From positions 617,715-681,714 of the forward strand of contig CP011212.1 of assembly GCA_001029715.1 (NCBI GenBank): 64,000 nt of DNA. The letters are read 5' to 3'. The notes under the pieces were generated by a model. That model made no database searches. It was given only the letters and a program-made list of their open reading frames with translations, and had not been told where the DNA came from. The position numbers and the translations under genes are program-made. Origin of the DNA: a candidate division TM6 bacterium GW2011_GWF2_28_16 (GTDB taxonomy: Bacteria; Patescibacteriota; Microgenomatia; UBA1400; PJMF01). Below are positions 16,700 through 25,958 of the stretch, piece after piece; position 1 is the first letter of the stretch; each line of letters opens with the position of its first letter.

Positions 16700-17848
16700 C
16701 TACCAACCTGTAATCTCTATTTCATCATCAGTTTGTGGTGACTTAATGCCGTTATTTTCTGCTAGTGTCTTTGACACAAATTCCTCACTGCTGTATTCTT
16801 CAATTTTCTTTTTATAAAATAAAACGTCGCTTTCTATTCTTTCCAATAATTGTGCTTTCGCCTCCTCTTTATTATCCAATTTTGCCAAAGCAATGGGCCT
16901 GAGTCTATCAATCATTGCTAATTTTCTTTGATAAGACAAGATGTTATTTTCAATTGCCTCTCTGGTTTTTGGTTTCCAGTCTTCTTCAGAAGCACTACGG
17001 TTAACAATATTAAAAAACATTGGGGTAAAATAATTTTGTATTAAATCACTCTGCGATTTTTCTTGTTTTGCATCTCCGACATAATCAAATGAGTTAATAA
17101 AATCAATAAATCCAAACCCTGATTTTTCATCATACATTATATTTTTACTCTTATTTTCCATTGGTAGACCTCTTTGCCAGGCAATTAATAAACTGTCGAA
17201 ACATTGATTAATCTGTTCATCGCTGATATTCTCTACCACATCTGGGTTTAATTTGTTCAGTTGTTGGCCGGGTATTTTTTCAGCAATTGTGACCCCATCT
17301 TCTACTGAAGCAGCTACAATCTGTTCAAAATGTTCTTCACCATCAATATATAAAGCACCCATCATATAAGCTCCTACATCACCTGGGCTTGGTCGATATC
17401 TCATCACATACTCTTTGCCGCTAATCACAACATTAAAAACATTTTGGGCAATATGAGCCTGATGACCTCTTATATCTTCAAGCTGTTTAATTTGCTGTAA
17501 AAAATCTCTTACCTCAGATTGGTATTGTTTGTAATTATTTAATCGCTGCTCCATATAACGAATAATTCGCTCTTTTTCTTCACCCAACGAATCCAAAAAT
17601 TGCTTATATTCTTCTGCCGATACTACATTGATGATGTCGCCCAACTTCATTTCTCTTCTTTCCCATCCATGATTCTTTATATCGTCTTTATTAACCTCAT
17701 AACTAATCCCCAGAAATGCTGCTCGAACAGCATTGCCCACGATATCGCTATAAATACGCTCTCTGTCACCATATTTAACTTCGTTATGACTGGCAAATCC
17801 CACCAATTTAGCTACATTGTAATTTTGATCTTCATTCATGTATTTCAA
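16700..17848 (-). CDS. Hypothetical protein with a possible degenerate protein-kinase-like (APH-like) fold
   Basis: AT-rich. The segment …NIMYDEKSGFGFIDF… resembles the catalytic-loop/DFG region of the APH/choline-kinase fold, but it lacks the HxD catalytic residues. Confidence 0.3.
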   Translation of the reverse strand: MKYMNEDQNYNVAKLVGFASHNEVKYGDRERIYSDIVGNAVRAAFLGISYEVNKDDIKNHGWERREMKLGDIINVVSAEEYKQFLDSLGEEKERIIRYMEQRLNNYKQYQSEVRDFLQQIKQLEDIRGHQAHIAQNVFNVVISGKEYVMRYRPSPGDVGAYMMGALYIDGEEHFEQIVAASVEDGVTIAEKIPGQQLNKLNPDVVENISDEQINQCFDSLLIAWQRGLPMENKSKNIMYDEKSGFGFIDFINSFDYVGDAKQEKSQSDLIQNYFTPMFFNIVNRSASEEDWKPKTREAIENNILSYQRKLAMIDRLRPIALAKLDNKEEAKAQLLERIESDVLFYKKKIEEYSSEEFVSKTLAENNGIKSPQTDDEIEITGW

Positions 17849-17925
17849 TTATGCCATAGTTTTTAGCAAACTTCAGTTATTTACTTAACCAGCTTTAGCA
17901 TAAAGCCAATGCTATACTAAAATAT

Positions 17926-18705
17926 ATGTCCAAAAATATCCTCATCACCGGAGCCTCCAGCGGAATTGGCAAAGCAGTCGCTTTGGAATTCGCTAAAAAA
18001 GACGGCTCCAAAAATCATTTAATCTTAGTGGCTCGCAATCAAGCTAAACTTGAGTTAGTCGCCGAAGAAGCCAGAGTTCTCGGTGCGACGGTTAGCACCT
18101 TCATTGCTGATCTTGGCAAAACCGCCGACATCGCCAAACTCTTTACTGATCTAGGAGAGAAAGTTGAAACTCTAGATCTGGTTTTCAATAATGCTGGCCT
18201 TGGTTTTGTCAAAGAGGTTCATCTTTTAAGTGATGACGAAATCGAGCAGATCATTGACGTTAACGTCAAAGGTATGATGTTAGTTGCCAAAAAAGCCACT
18301 CAAATGATGATTAAACAAGGTTATGGTCACATCATTTTTACTTCTTCTTTGGCAGGCTACGTTTTGCTCCCAACTTGGTCAGTTTACTGTGCCAGCAAGT
18401 GGGGTATCACTGCTTTTGCCAATGTTTTGCGCCAAGAAGTGGCCAAGCATGGCATCAAGGTCACCACTGTCCATCCTGGGCCAGTTAAGACCGAGTTTTT
18501 CGACCCAAACAAGGCCGATGTTGACCTAAGTAAAAGTGCTAAAACCATGCCGGCTATTCCAGCTAGTGACGTCTCAGCAGCAATTTACAAAATCGCCTAC
18601 ACTGATAAGCAAAGAATTTTCTGCCCACCTTCTTTGGTGGTCGCCGCAGAAGCTTTTAGATTCTTTCCTAATTTCATGCAAAAAATGTTTGCCAAAATGA
18701 CCTAA
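17926..18705 (+). CDS. Short-chain dehydrogenase/reductase (SDR) family oxidoreductase
   Basis: TGASSGIGKA Rossmann motif, NNAG, and the catalytic S…YxASK (YCASKWG). Confidence 0.9.
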   Translation: MSKNILITGASSGIGKAVALEFAKKDGSKNHLILVARNQAKLELVAEEARVLGATVSTFIADLGKTADIAKLFTDLGEKVETLDLVFNNAGLGFVKEVHLLSDDEIEQIIDVNVKGMMLVAKKATQMMIKQGYGHIIFTSSLAGYVLLPTWSVYCASKWGITAFANVLRQEVAKHGIKVTTVHPGPVKTEFFDPNKADVDLSKSAKTMPAIPASDVSAAIYKIAYTDKQRIFCPPSLVVAAEAFRFFPNFMQKMFAKMT

Positions 18706-18753
18706 ATGGTTTTGATGAACTTTCTTGCAAACTAGCTCTGTTATAAAAAAACA

Positions 18754-20232
18754 GTGTCTAGCGATTATGAAGTTCTGGCAATTACCACTTTGCAAAAATA
18801 CTTTGGCTTTAACAATTTTAGGCCAGGTCAATTGGCGATTATCACTGCCATTCTAGAAGGCAAAAACGTCTTGGCAATTTTACCAACTGGCGGTGGCAAA
18901 TCCATTTGTTTCCAAGTGCCGGCTCTCGCTCTGGATGGAACTGCTCTGGTAATTTCACCGCTCATTTCCCTAATGAAAGATCAGGTCGATCACTTGGAAG
19001 AGAAGGGCATTAACGCCAGTTACCTGAGTAGTAATTTAGAAAAAGCAGAAATTACTTTGCGTCTAAAAAAGCTGGCTGAAGGAAAATATAAAATCTTTTA
19101 TTTAGCACCAGAGAGATTGGCTAATCAAAAAATTATCGATATTTGCCAAAAAATAAAAATCTCTCGCCTCATCATCGACGAAGCTCATTGCATTAGTTTG
19201 TGGGGTCATCAGTTCCGTCCGAACTATCAAAAAATTCCCCAATTTGTCGAAAAAATTCAAAAAAAATCAGAAAAAATTGCTTTAGCCGCCTTTACAGCTA
19301 CTGCCACTAGCATGGTCAGTGTAGAAATTAAGAATTTTTTAGAATTAGAAAAAGCGACTGTTTTTAGTGGCGGTTTTTTGCGTAAAAATTTAATTTTTCA
19401 CAATTTAATTTGTGACTGCATTTGGACTAAAAATATCTATTTATTTAAGCTGCTTAAAGTCCACCAAAGTGAAAATATTATTATTTATTGCTGTACGAGA
19501 GTAGAGTGTGAGCGTTTGCTGAGACTCATTAAACATTATGATTTTAGCAATCGCTACCAGATAGATATTTATCATGGCGGATTAGACAAAGACAAAAGGG
19601 AAAACTGTCAAAATGATTTTCTAAGCGGCAAAATTAAAATTATTATTGCCACCAACGCCTTTGGTATGGGCGTCGATAAAAGCGATGTCCGCGTAGTTAT
19701 TCATTATCAAATTTCTGCCAATTTAGAAAATTATTATCAAGAAGCTGGACGTGCCGGTCGCGATGAAAAATTGAGCTATGCCTATTTGCTCTATAGTGAA
19801 AAGGATTTATTAATTCAAGCTGAAATGATTAATAAAAATTATGAAGATTTAGATAATCCAAGAAGAAAAATTGAAATTTCTAAACTTAAAACTATCAAAA
19901 ACTATACCATCAGTCGAAGCTGCTTACAAGAAAAAATTATTAAATATTTTGGACAAAACGAATCAGCTTCACTCTGTCAAAATTGCCATCATTGTCTCCA
20001 AAGAAAAATCGAATTAGACGAAAAAGAACAACAATTTATTCAAAAATTAGAACGAATCAATCAACTCTACCTAGAAAAATGTGATACTGAAAGTCTGCCT
20101 AATCTTTTTACTATTAAACAAATGGAGCTGATGGCGATTTTGGAAGTCAGAACCTTCAGCGAATTAAAAAAGATTCCTGGAGTCGGAAGTGGTATAATAA
20201 GCTTCTATGCAAATCAAAGAATTAGTGGCTAA
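18754..20232 (+). CDS. recQ: ATP-dependent DNA helicase RecQ (short form without the HRDC domain)
   Basis: RecQ N-terminus (…QKYFGFNNFRPGQLAIITAIL…PTGGGKSICFQVPAL), the DEAH box (IDEAHCISLWGH), helicase C and the RQC zinc-binding cysteines. Confidence 0.85.
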   Translation: MSSDYEVLAITTLQKYFGFNNFRPGQLAIITAILEGKNVLAILPTGGGKSICFQVPALALDGTALVISPLISLMKDQVDHLEEKGINASYLSSNLEKAEITLRLKKLAEGKYKIFYLAPERLANQKIIDICQKIKISRLIIDEAHCISLWGHQFRPNYQKIPQFVEKIQKKSEKIALAAFTATATSMVSVEIKNFLELEKATVFSGGFLRKNLIFHNLICDCIWTKNIYLFKLLKVHQSENIIIYCCTRVECERLLRLIKHYDFSNRYQIDIYHGGLDKDKRENCQNDFLSGKIKIIIATNAFGMGVDKSDVRVVIHYQISANLENYYQEAGRAGRDEKLSYAYLLYSEKDLLIQAEMINKNYEDLDNPRRKIEISKLKTIKNYTISRSCLQEKIIKYFGQNESASLCQNCHHCLQRKIELDEKEQQFIQKLERINQLYLEKCDTESLPNLFTIKQMELMAILEVRTFSELKKIPGVGSGIISFYANQRISG

Positions 20233-20563
20233 GTATCAAGAAATTGCTGACTTCTTAAATACCCGCTGGCCTCTCAAAGATCATAATCAAAGAGTCTTCG
20301 CTCGTACCATGAAAATCGTCGAGGAATTAGGTGAATTGGCTGATGAAATTCTAACTAGCATGAACTTGCAACGCAATTCAAAAATCGCTAAATTTTCCAG
20401 AGAGAATTTGGAGGATGAATTTGCCGACGTTTTAGGTTCTTTAATTTTGCTCGGTTGTGAATTAGAAATTGACGTCGAAGCCATCATCCAGAAAAAAATT
20501 GATTTCACCCGCGAACGTTTTGAAATGGATAAAGATAAAAAAGATCAAAGCTCCAAAAACTGA
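20207..20563 (+). CDS. MazG-like nucleoside triphosphate pyrophosphohydrolase
   Basis: EExGExxDE…EDEFADVL motif pattern of the all-alpha NTP-PPase family. Confidence 0.65.
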   Translation: MQIKELVAKYQEIADFLNTRWPLKDHNQRVFARTMKIVEELGELADEILTSMNLQRNSKIAKFSRENLEDEFADVLGSLILLGCELEIDVEAIIQKKIDFTRERFEMDKDKKDQSSKN

Positions 20564-22398
20564 TAAAGCTCGCCGTCGCTAAAACCTCGTTTTCTATAAT
20601 ATTCTTTTGTGCCAATCGCTGAGATGACGGCTAGTTTTTGATAGCCTTCTTTCTTGCTAATCTCTGCTGCTTTGAGAATAAGTTTTTTGCCAAAACCAAA
20701 ATGCTGAGCTTTTTCTTCACCTTTTTGCCCGATAGATAAACTACGACCATAGACGTGAATTTCTCTGATCATCGCGGCACCGTCGAGTTCTTCGATGACC
20801 TCATTCTTTTTTACAGTTGGTAAACTCAAACGCAAGAAGGCTAGAATCTTATCGCCATAAACAAATTGCAAAAACTTTTCTTGGCTGATGCTGGTTTTGT
20901 AATTAGTAATTTTGAGCTTCACTTCCTTAGGATCAAATACGGTTGAACGGATTTCGCGCGAACGAATATCTTGCATTTTTTGCTTAGTTTTATTGACGTA
21001 ATTTTCGGCGATTTGTCTAAAATTGCTCTTAGTATTACCCACCACAATATCTTGAGCAGGAATATCACGGATCATTCTAGTGATGCGACAATAGGCGGGA
21101 GTATGAGTCAAAGTGAAGGCAGTAATTTCTAATAATTCTTCGTGGGTATATGGTTTCCACAAACCTTTTTTGTAATATCTCATTAGCTCAGCAGTCTCGA
21201 TCAGAGAACAAGGATAGATTTTTAATTCATCTGGGCAAAAATCTTGATCGCTAAAAAGTTTTTTAAAATCTCTTTTATCTTTGACGACACTGCCACCATA
21301 AAGATTGGCCATAAAATGAATGTGCAATTTAAAACCAGCCTGACGCAAAAGCGCAAAAGCTTTTCTGATCGCTTGCACACCGTGACCTCTTTTATTTTTT
21401 CTTAAAATTTCATCGTCAAGCGATTGGATACCTAGCTGAACTTTAGTGGCCCCTAAGCGGCGAATATTTTTCACACTTTTTAGCGTAATTTCATCTGGTC
21501 GAGTTTCGATTACTAAACCCACGCAGCGTTGTAGCGCCGTCTCATTTTTAACTTGTTCTTTTTCTAATTCTAGCCAATCAGCTTTTTGATATTCAAGCAC
21601 CCCCAAAGCATTTTCTGGAGCTAAATAATACTTGGTGACCAATTGATTATAAGTATCAGAAATGTTTTCACCAGCAATTTGCAGCTTAGCAAAATTGGCT
21701 TGATTTTCTTTGGCATCAGTACTTAAAAAAGTCTTGGTCTGCCATTTTTTTTCAGTTTCTTTGAATTTTTTTTGAAAATTTTGGTATTTTTTTACAATTT
21801 TTACTGTGTCATTTTTAGTTTGAAAATCATTCATGGCTCTAAAGCATTCTTTCACAAACCAAATCTGATAAGTTTCTGGATAAGCCGTCCAAGTGCCACC
21901 TAAAATAATTAACTCAATTTTATCAACTTTGTGGCCCATGGAAAACAAAGCCTCTAGACGGTTGGTGGTTTGCAAATATGGATCGAAGTAATTTTTTTCA
22001 GCTCGCTGTGCACCTGGCTCACTAGCTAAATAACTTTTAGGCATACGCAAATCATTTGGACAAAAAATACATTTCCCCGGACAAGGATAGGGCTTAGTCA
22101 GAACTGTCACCGGTGCCACACCGGAAATAGTGCGGACTGGTTTTAATAAAATCTTTTCTACTAATTTGGGATTATATTTTTTAAGACCTTGCGTGCCAGC
22201 CAACTTTTTATATTCTTCAATAATCTCAGAATAACTCCAATGAGCGCCATTACTTTTTTGATATTTTTTAATCAAACGCAACAAATCCTCAATTGATTTA
22301 TCTAAGTTTTGCTCTAGTTCTTGTAGAAGAGAAATTATATTGTTTTCCATCTGGTGTTTATTATAACGCAAGTCTGACATAAAATAGGCTTGATGCAA
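20545..22398 (-). CDS. Elongator Elp3-like protein (radical-SAM domain fused to a GNAT acetyltransferase; tRNA wobble-uridine modifying enzyme homolog)
   Basis: A radical-SAM cysteine cluster (CPGKCIFCP) and an Elp3-type central region (…LGIQSLDDEIL…GHG…FKLHIHFM…). The C-terminal GNAT domain ends (…KGYQKLAVISAIGTKEYYRKRGF). Confidence 0.75.
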   Translation of the reverse strand: MHQAYFMSDLRYNKHQMENNIISLLQELEQNLDKSIEDLLRLIKKYQKSNGAHWSYSEIIEEYKKLAGTQGLKKYNPKLVEKILLKPVRTISGVAPVTVLTKPYPCPGKCIFCPNDLRMPKSYLASEPGAQRAEKNYFDPYLQTTNRLEALFSMGHKVDKIELIILGGTWTAYPETYQIWFVKECFRAMNDFQTKNDTVKIVKKYQNFQKKFKETEKKWQTKTFLSTDAKENQANFAKLQIAGENISDTYNQLVTKYYLAPENALGVLEYQKADWLELEKEQVKNETALQRCVGLVIETRPDEITLKSVKNIRRLGATKVQLGIQSLDDEILRKNKRGHGVQAIRKAFALLRQAGFKLHIHFMANLYGGSVVKDKRDFKKLFSDQDFCPDELKIYPCSLIETAELMRYYKKGLWKPYTHEELLEITAFTLTHTPAYCRITRMIRDIPAQDIVVGNTKSNFRQIAENYVNKTKQKMQDIRSREIRSTVFDPKEVKLKITNYKTSISQEKFLQFVYGDKILAFLRLSLPTVKKNEVIEELDGAAMIREIHVYGRSLSIGQKGEEKAQHFGFGKKLILKAAEISKKEGYQKLAVISAIGTKEYYRKRGFSDGELYQFLEL

Positions 22399-23181
22399 AA
22401 AGGCTTAATTAAAGCTCTCAACCAACTCAATCAAGATTTCTACGCACAAATTAGTGAAGATTTTAGTGCCAGCCGCAACTTTTCATGGCAAGGTTGGACA
22501 GAAATTATTAAATATTTACCAAAAAAAGAAAATCTAAAAGTTCTGGATATCGCTTGTGGCAATGGCCGCTTCGTAGAATTCTTAAAGCAAAATCTTCAAA
22601 GTTCTTTTTCCTATTTAGGTTTAGATAATTCCAAAAGCTTATTAAAAATCGCCCAAAATAAATTTAAGGAACAGCAATTTGAATTTTTCGATTTAATCAA
22701 AAATTATTTAACTAAAGAAAAAATTGTTTTTAATACTCAAGAAAAATTTGATTTAATTATTAGTTTTGGACTTAGTCATCATCTGCCTTCCGCCAAAATT
22801 AGAAAAGAATTTTTACAAAGTCTCAAAAGTAAACTAAACAAGAATGGCCTAATCGTCGTTAGCAATTGGCAATTCGCCAAAGAACAAAATCGTTTTCAAA
22901 AAAATACATTAAATTGGCAAAAAATAATTAAAAATCCAAAAATAAATCTTTGGCAAAAAATAAAACTCATTTTCCTTTTATTAAATTTAGAAAAAAATGA
23001 TTTTTTACTGGATTGGCGAAAAGGGGACAAAGCCAATCAAGTCTTTCGCTATTGCCATCACATCAAAGAAAAAGAAATGCTGGGCCTCGTCAAAAAAAGT
23101 GGATTAAAAGTAATCGCCAAATTATCTGCTGATGGTAAATCGCAACATCTCAATCAGTACTTCTTACTTACAGCACTTTGA
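22390..23181 (+). CDS. Class I SAM-dependent methyltransferase
   Basis: VLDIACGNGRF (motif I) and LIISFGLSHHL (motif II). It is divergently transcribed from the Elp3-like gene. Confidence 0.75.
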   Translation: MMQKGLIKALNQLNQDFYAQISEDFSASRNFSWQGWTEIIKYLPKKENLKVLDIACGNGRFVEFLKQNLQSSFSYLGLDNSKSLLKIAQNKFKEQQFEFFDLIKNYLTKEKIVFNTQEKFDLIISFGLSHHLPSAKIRKEFLQSLKSKLNKNGLIVVSNWQFAKEQNRFQKNTLNWQKIIKNPKINLWQKIKLIFLLLNLEKNDFLLDWRKGDKANQVFRYCHHIKEKEMLGLVKKSGLKVIAKLSADGKSQHLNQYFLLTAL

Positions 23182-23319
23182 AAAAAGACCTTGAGAGATT
23201 ATGCACAGCATCTTTCGTACCTGCTACTTTTTGTATGGTACAAAATTCGCTAAAGCATCTTTTGTACCGCAGGGTCCGAAATTCACACAAGGTATCTTTC
23301 GTACCAACTACTTTTTGTT

Positions 23320-23348
23320 TTGCAAAAAGATAGGGTCCGAAATATAAT
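23320..23348 (+). promoter_or_regulatory. Second copy of the near-consensus promoter module (TTGCAA-17 nt-TATAAT) driving tRNA-Gln. The upstream region carries internally duplicated copies of the element seen before rpsU.
   Basis: ttgcaa at 23320-23325 and tataat at 23343-23348. The region 23200-23349 shares TATGCACAGCATCTTTCGTACC…CTTTTTG…AGGGTCCGAAATATAAT with 3583-3653. Confidence 0.6.
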
Positions 23349-23368
23349 AGAACCCTTGCCTTGCATAT

Positions 23369-23439
23369 TGCCTGATCGTCTAATGGCAGGACAGAGGCCT
23401 TTGAAGCCTTCAATCTTGGTTCGAATCCAAGTCGGGCAT
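23369..23439 (+). tRNA. tRNA-Gln (anticodon UUG)
   Basis: Acceptor stem TGCCTGA/TCGGGCA (one G-U pair), anticodon loop CTTTGAA and T-loop GGTTCGAATCC. Confidence 0.8.
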
Positions 23440-23444
23440 CATTT

Positions 23445-23478
23445 TAAAAAATCTCACCAAAGCGTGAGATTTTTTAAA
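23445..23478 (+). terminator. Rho-independent terminator after tRNA-Gln
   Basis: AAAAAATCTCACcaaagcGTGAGATTTTTTAAAA. Confidence 0.75.
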
Positions 23479-23652
23479 ATTATGTGCTGGCAATTGGATA
23501 CGGGCACTTTAGTTCGCGCCACATGGCGAAAGAATTGAGCCAGGTTAGTGCATGCGAGCGATTGCAAAAAGCGAGTCGTAAATCTGAGGTTGAGTATTAG
23601 CTCGGTTACCTCACTTAAACAGTTATATTTATTTTTGCTATAATCCCAATAT

Positions 23653-24523
23653 ATGAACACTCCAATGAAAACTTTAAAAAATGGTTTTTCTATGCCCATG
23701 TTCGGCCTAGGCACTTGGCAAATGGGTGGCAGAGAAACTCGCGATTTTCAAAATAATGATCAAAAAGATATTTCAGCAATTCAGAAAGCAATTGAACTAG
23801 GTATTATGCACATAGACACAGCAGAAAGCTATGCTGACGGTTATGCAGAAACCCTTTTAGGCCAAGCAATCCTTGGATATGATAGGTCAAAACTTTTTTT
23901 AACGACTAAGATACATGCTGAACATCTAAAATATGATGACGTTTTGCGATCGTGTGAAGCCAGTTTAAAAAGAATGAGATACAGATTATTTAGATCTATA
24001 TCTCATTCATTCTCCAAGCATGCAAATCCCTATTCAAGAAACGATGCGTGCTATGGACAAACTAGTTCAAGATGGCTTAGTAAAAAATATTGGTGTTAGC
24101 AATTTTAAAACAGATCGCTTAAAAGATGTTCAAAAACACACAAATAATAAAATTGTTGTCAATCAAGTTTATTACAATCTTTTAATGAGGGAGCCTGAAC
24201 ATGAAGGGCTTTTAACATATTGCCAACAAAACGATATTTTTCTAGAGGCTTATCGACCATTAGAAAAAGGCATGCTTTTAGATAATCAATCAGCACTCAT
24301 TATAGATTTGGCAAAAAAATATAATAAAACCCCATCTCAAATTGCCATCAATTGGTTAATCTCTCAAGAAAACGTGATTACACTTTCCAAAACCTCAACC
24401 ATAGAGCATTTAGAAGAAAACCTCGGAGCAATAGATTGGAAAATGGATCAAGAAGATATTGAAAAACTAAGAAAAGATTTTCCAAATCAAGTGAAAATCC
24501 CTGAAAATCTGCCGTTAAAATAA
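23653..24523 (+). pseudogene. Aldo/keto reductase interrupted by a single frameshift near 23970-23985. It is split into ORFs 23653-24099 and 24020-24523.
   Basis: The N-terminal AKR motifs (LKNGFSMPMFGLGTW, …IDTAESY) are in frame 1. The continuation (…TDYLDLYLIHSPSMQIPIQETMRAMDKLVQDGLVKNIGVSNF…) is in the +1 frame. The switch occurs at the AAAAAGAATGAGATACAG region. Confidence 0.7.
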
Positions 24524-24562
24524 AATATTTAAAAAAGGTTCTAATTTAAGAAAATAAATCAT

Positions 24563-25177
24563 ATGCGACATATTCTTTTTGGCGACAGCATCGGTTTCGG
24601 CGTAGGGGACTATGAAAATGGTGGTTGGGCTACTCAGCTGAGACTTTTCATTGATAGAGATAAAAAATCCAAAGATCACAATTTAATTAATCTAAGCGTT
24701 TCAGGTGACACCACCAGAAATCTCCTCAATCGTATGGAGAGAGAAGCTAAGCTTAGAATTAGAGACAATAAGCCAGAAGAATTTAAATTTTTAATTGCCA
24801 TTGGTACCAACGATGCCAGAATTGATAAAGAAAAATTTAATAATAATATTTCGCTTGAAGAATTTGAGAAAAACATACTTCAAATAATTGAAATTGCTCA
24901 AAATTTATCCAAAGAAGTTATTTTAATCGGTTTAGTTCCGGTTGATGAATCGCTGACTAGACCGTACAAAGAAAACAAGCATTACTTAATAGAGCAATTA
25001 AAAAAATATAACCAAATTTTAAAAAATGTTGCTCTAGAAAAAAACTTAAAATTTATTGACATGTTTGATGAGTGGATGCAAAAAGACTTGCCATCACTTT
25101 TTGCTGATGGGCTACACCCAAACACATTGGGACACCAAATGATTTTTGAAGCTGTAAAAACTAATTTATTTAAATAA
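24563..25177 (+). CDS. SGNH/GDSL-family hydrolase (lipase/esterase-like)
   Basis: N-terminal GDS motif (ILFGDSIGFG) and C-terminal DGLHPN catalytic block. Confidence 0.8.
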   Translation: MRHILFGDSIGFGVGDYENGGWATQLRLFIDRDKKSKDHNLINLSVSGDTTRNLLNRMEREAKLRIRDNKPEEFKFLIAIGTNDARIDKEKFNNNISLEEFEKNILQIIEIAQNLSKEVILIGLVPVDESLTRPYKENKHYLIEQLKKYNQILKNVALEKNLKFIDMFDEWMQKDLPSLFADGLHPNTLGHQMIFEAVKTNLFK

Positions 25178-25180
25178 CTT

Positions 25181-25630
25181 ATGAACTTTTACTTAATAAT
25201 ATTTACTATTTTTGTATCAAGCGTGTTTGCTCTTCTTGAAATTCAGATCGAAGGTGAAAATGGATGGGCTAAAAATTTACCAACTTGGAAACGGCCTAAT
25301 CCTTTCAAAAAAATTATAAACTGGCCATACATTACTGGATATCATTTATTCCTAAACTTATTTCTCTTTTCTGTTTTCCAATTTCCATTCTTTATCGGAC
25401 TTGATCTAAATTTAAATAATGAATTGCTAGTTGCCGAAGTTCTCTTAACCATATTTATATTAGAAGACTTTCTTTGGTTTGCTTTTAATCCTAAATGGGG
25501 TGTGAATCGATTCTTTAAAAAAGAAATTCCGTGGCATGCTAATAAAATTTTATATTTACCAAAAAATTATTGGGTTGGTTTGATTGTTTTAATAGGATTA
25601 GATTTACTGAGAAAATTTCTTTTACACTGA
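25181..25630 (+). CDS. Hypothetical integral membrane protein
   Basis: Three to four predicted hydrophobic helices. No known motif. Confidence 0.4.
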   Translation: MNFYLIIFTIFVSSVFALLEIQIEGENGWAKNLPTWKRPNPFKKIINWPYITGYHLFLNLFLFSVFQFPFFIGLDLNLNNELLVAEVLLTIFILEDFLWFAFNPKWGVNRFFKKEIPWHANKILYLPKNYWVGLIVLIGLDLLRKFLLH

Positions 25631-25652
25631 TTAATAATCATTTGATATTTAT

Positions 25653-25958
25653 GTGGCACATGATAGAATCTCTTTTTACAAAGAAGATATGACAGAAGAT
25701 TTAAATAAAAAACTAAGTGATGAAGAATTAAAAAAATTTATTAACGAGGCCCTAGAAGTCGGAGAAACTTATACTATTATATCTGCACTGGCAGCTCTGC
25801 AAGATATTCAAGATAAATATCAAGAACTAGCTGATTTTTTACAAACTCCTGAAGCTGTGTGTGCTATTATTTGTCTCATTACTAAAACAAATTTTGATTG
25901 GGGTGATAACAGCTATAAAATGGTCTGGAATGGCTTCGTAGCTCCTAAAGAATCTTAG
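25653..25958 (+). CDS. Hypothetical protein
   Basis: ORF only, in a dense coding context. Confidence 0.35.
   Translation: MAHDRISFYKEDMTEDLNKKLSDEELKKFINEALEVGETYTIISALAALQDIQDKYQELADFLQTPEAVCAIICLITKTNFDWGDNSYKMVWNGFVAPKES

Noticed and set aside
16639-16700. GC-rich stretch after the ABC transporter (GAGGCCCCCGCCTAGTGCTCGTAGAGCGGGATGGGG) as a terminator or riboswitch
   Set aside because: Only a weak CCCGC…GCGGG stem with a 14-nt loop and no T-tract. This is insufficient to call.
9545-17925. Classical tRNA-integrated genomic island with integrase
   Set aside because: A composition shift is evident. However, no integrase or recombinase gene was found, and there is no recognisable direct repeat of the tRNA-Pro 3' end at either candidate distal boundary. 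This is therefore described only as an accessory-looking block.
23320-23538. 72-aa plus-strand ORF
   Set aside because: It overlaps tRNA-Gln and its terminator. It is an artefact of translating a tRNA region.
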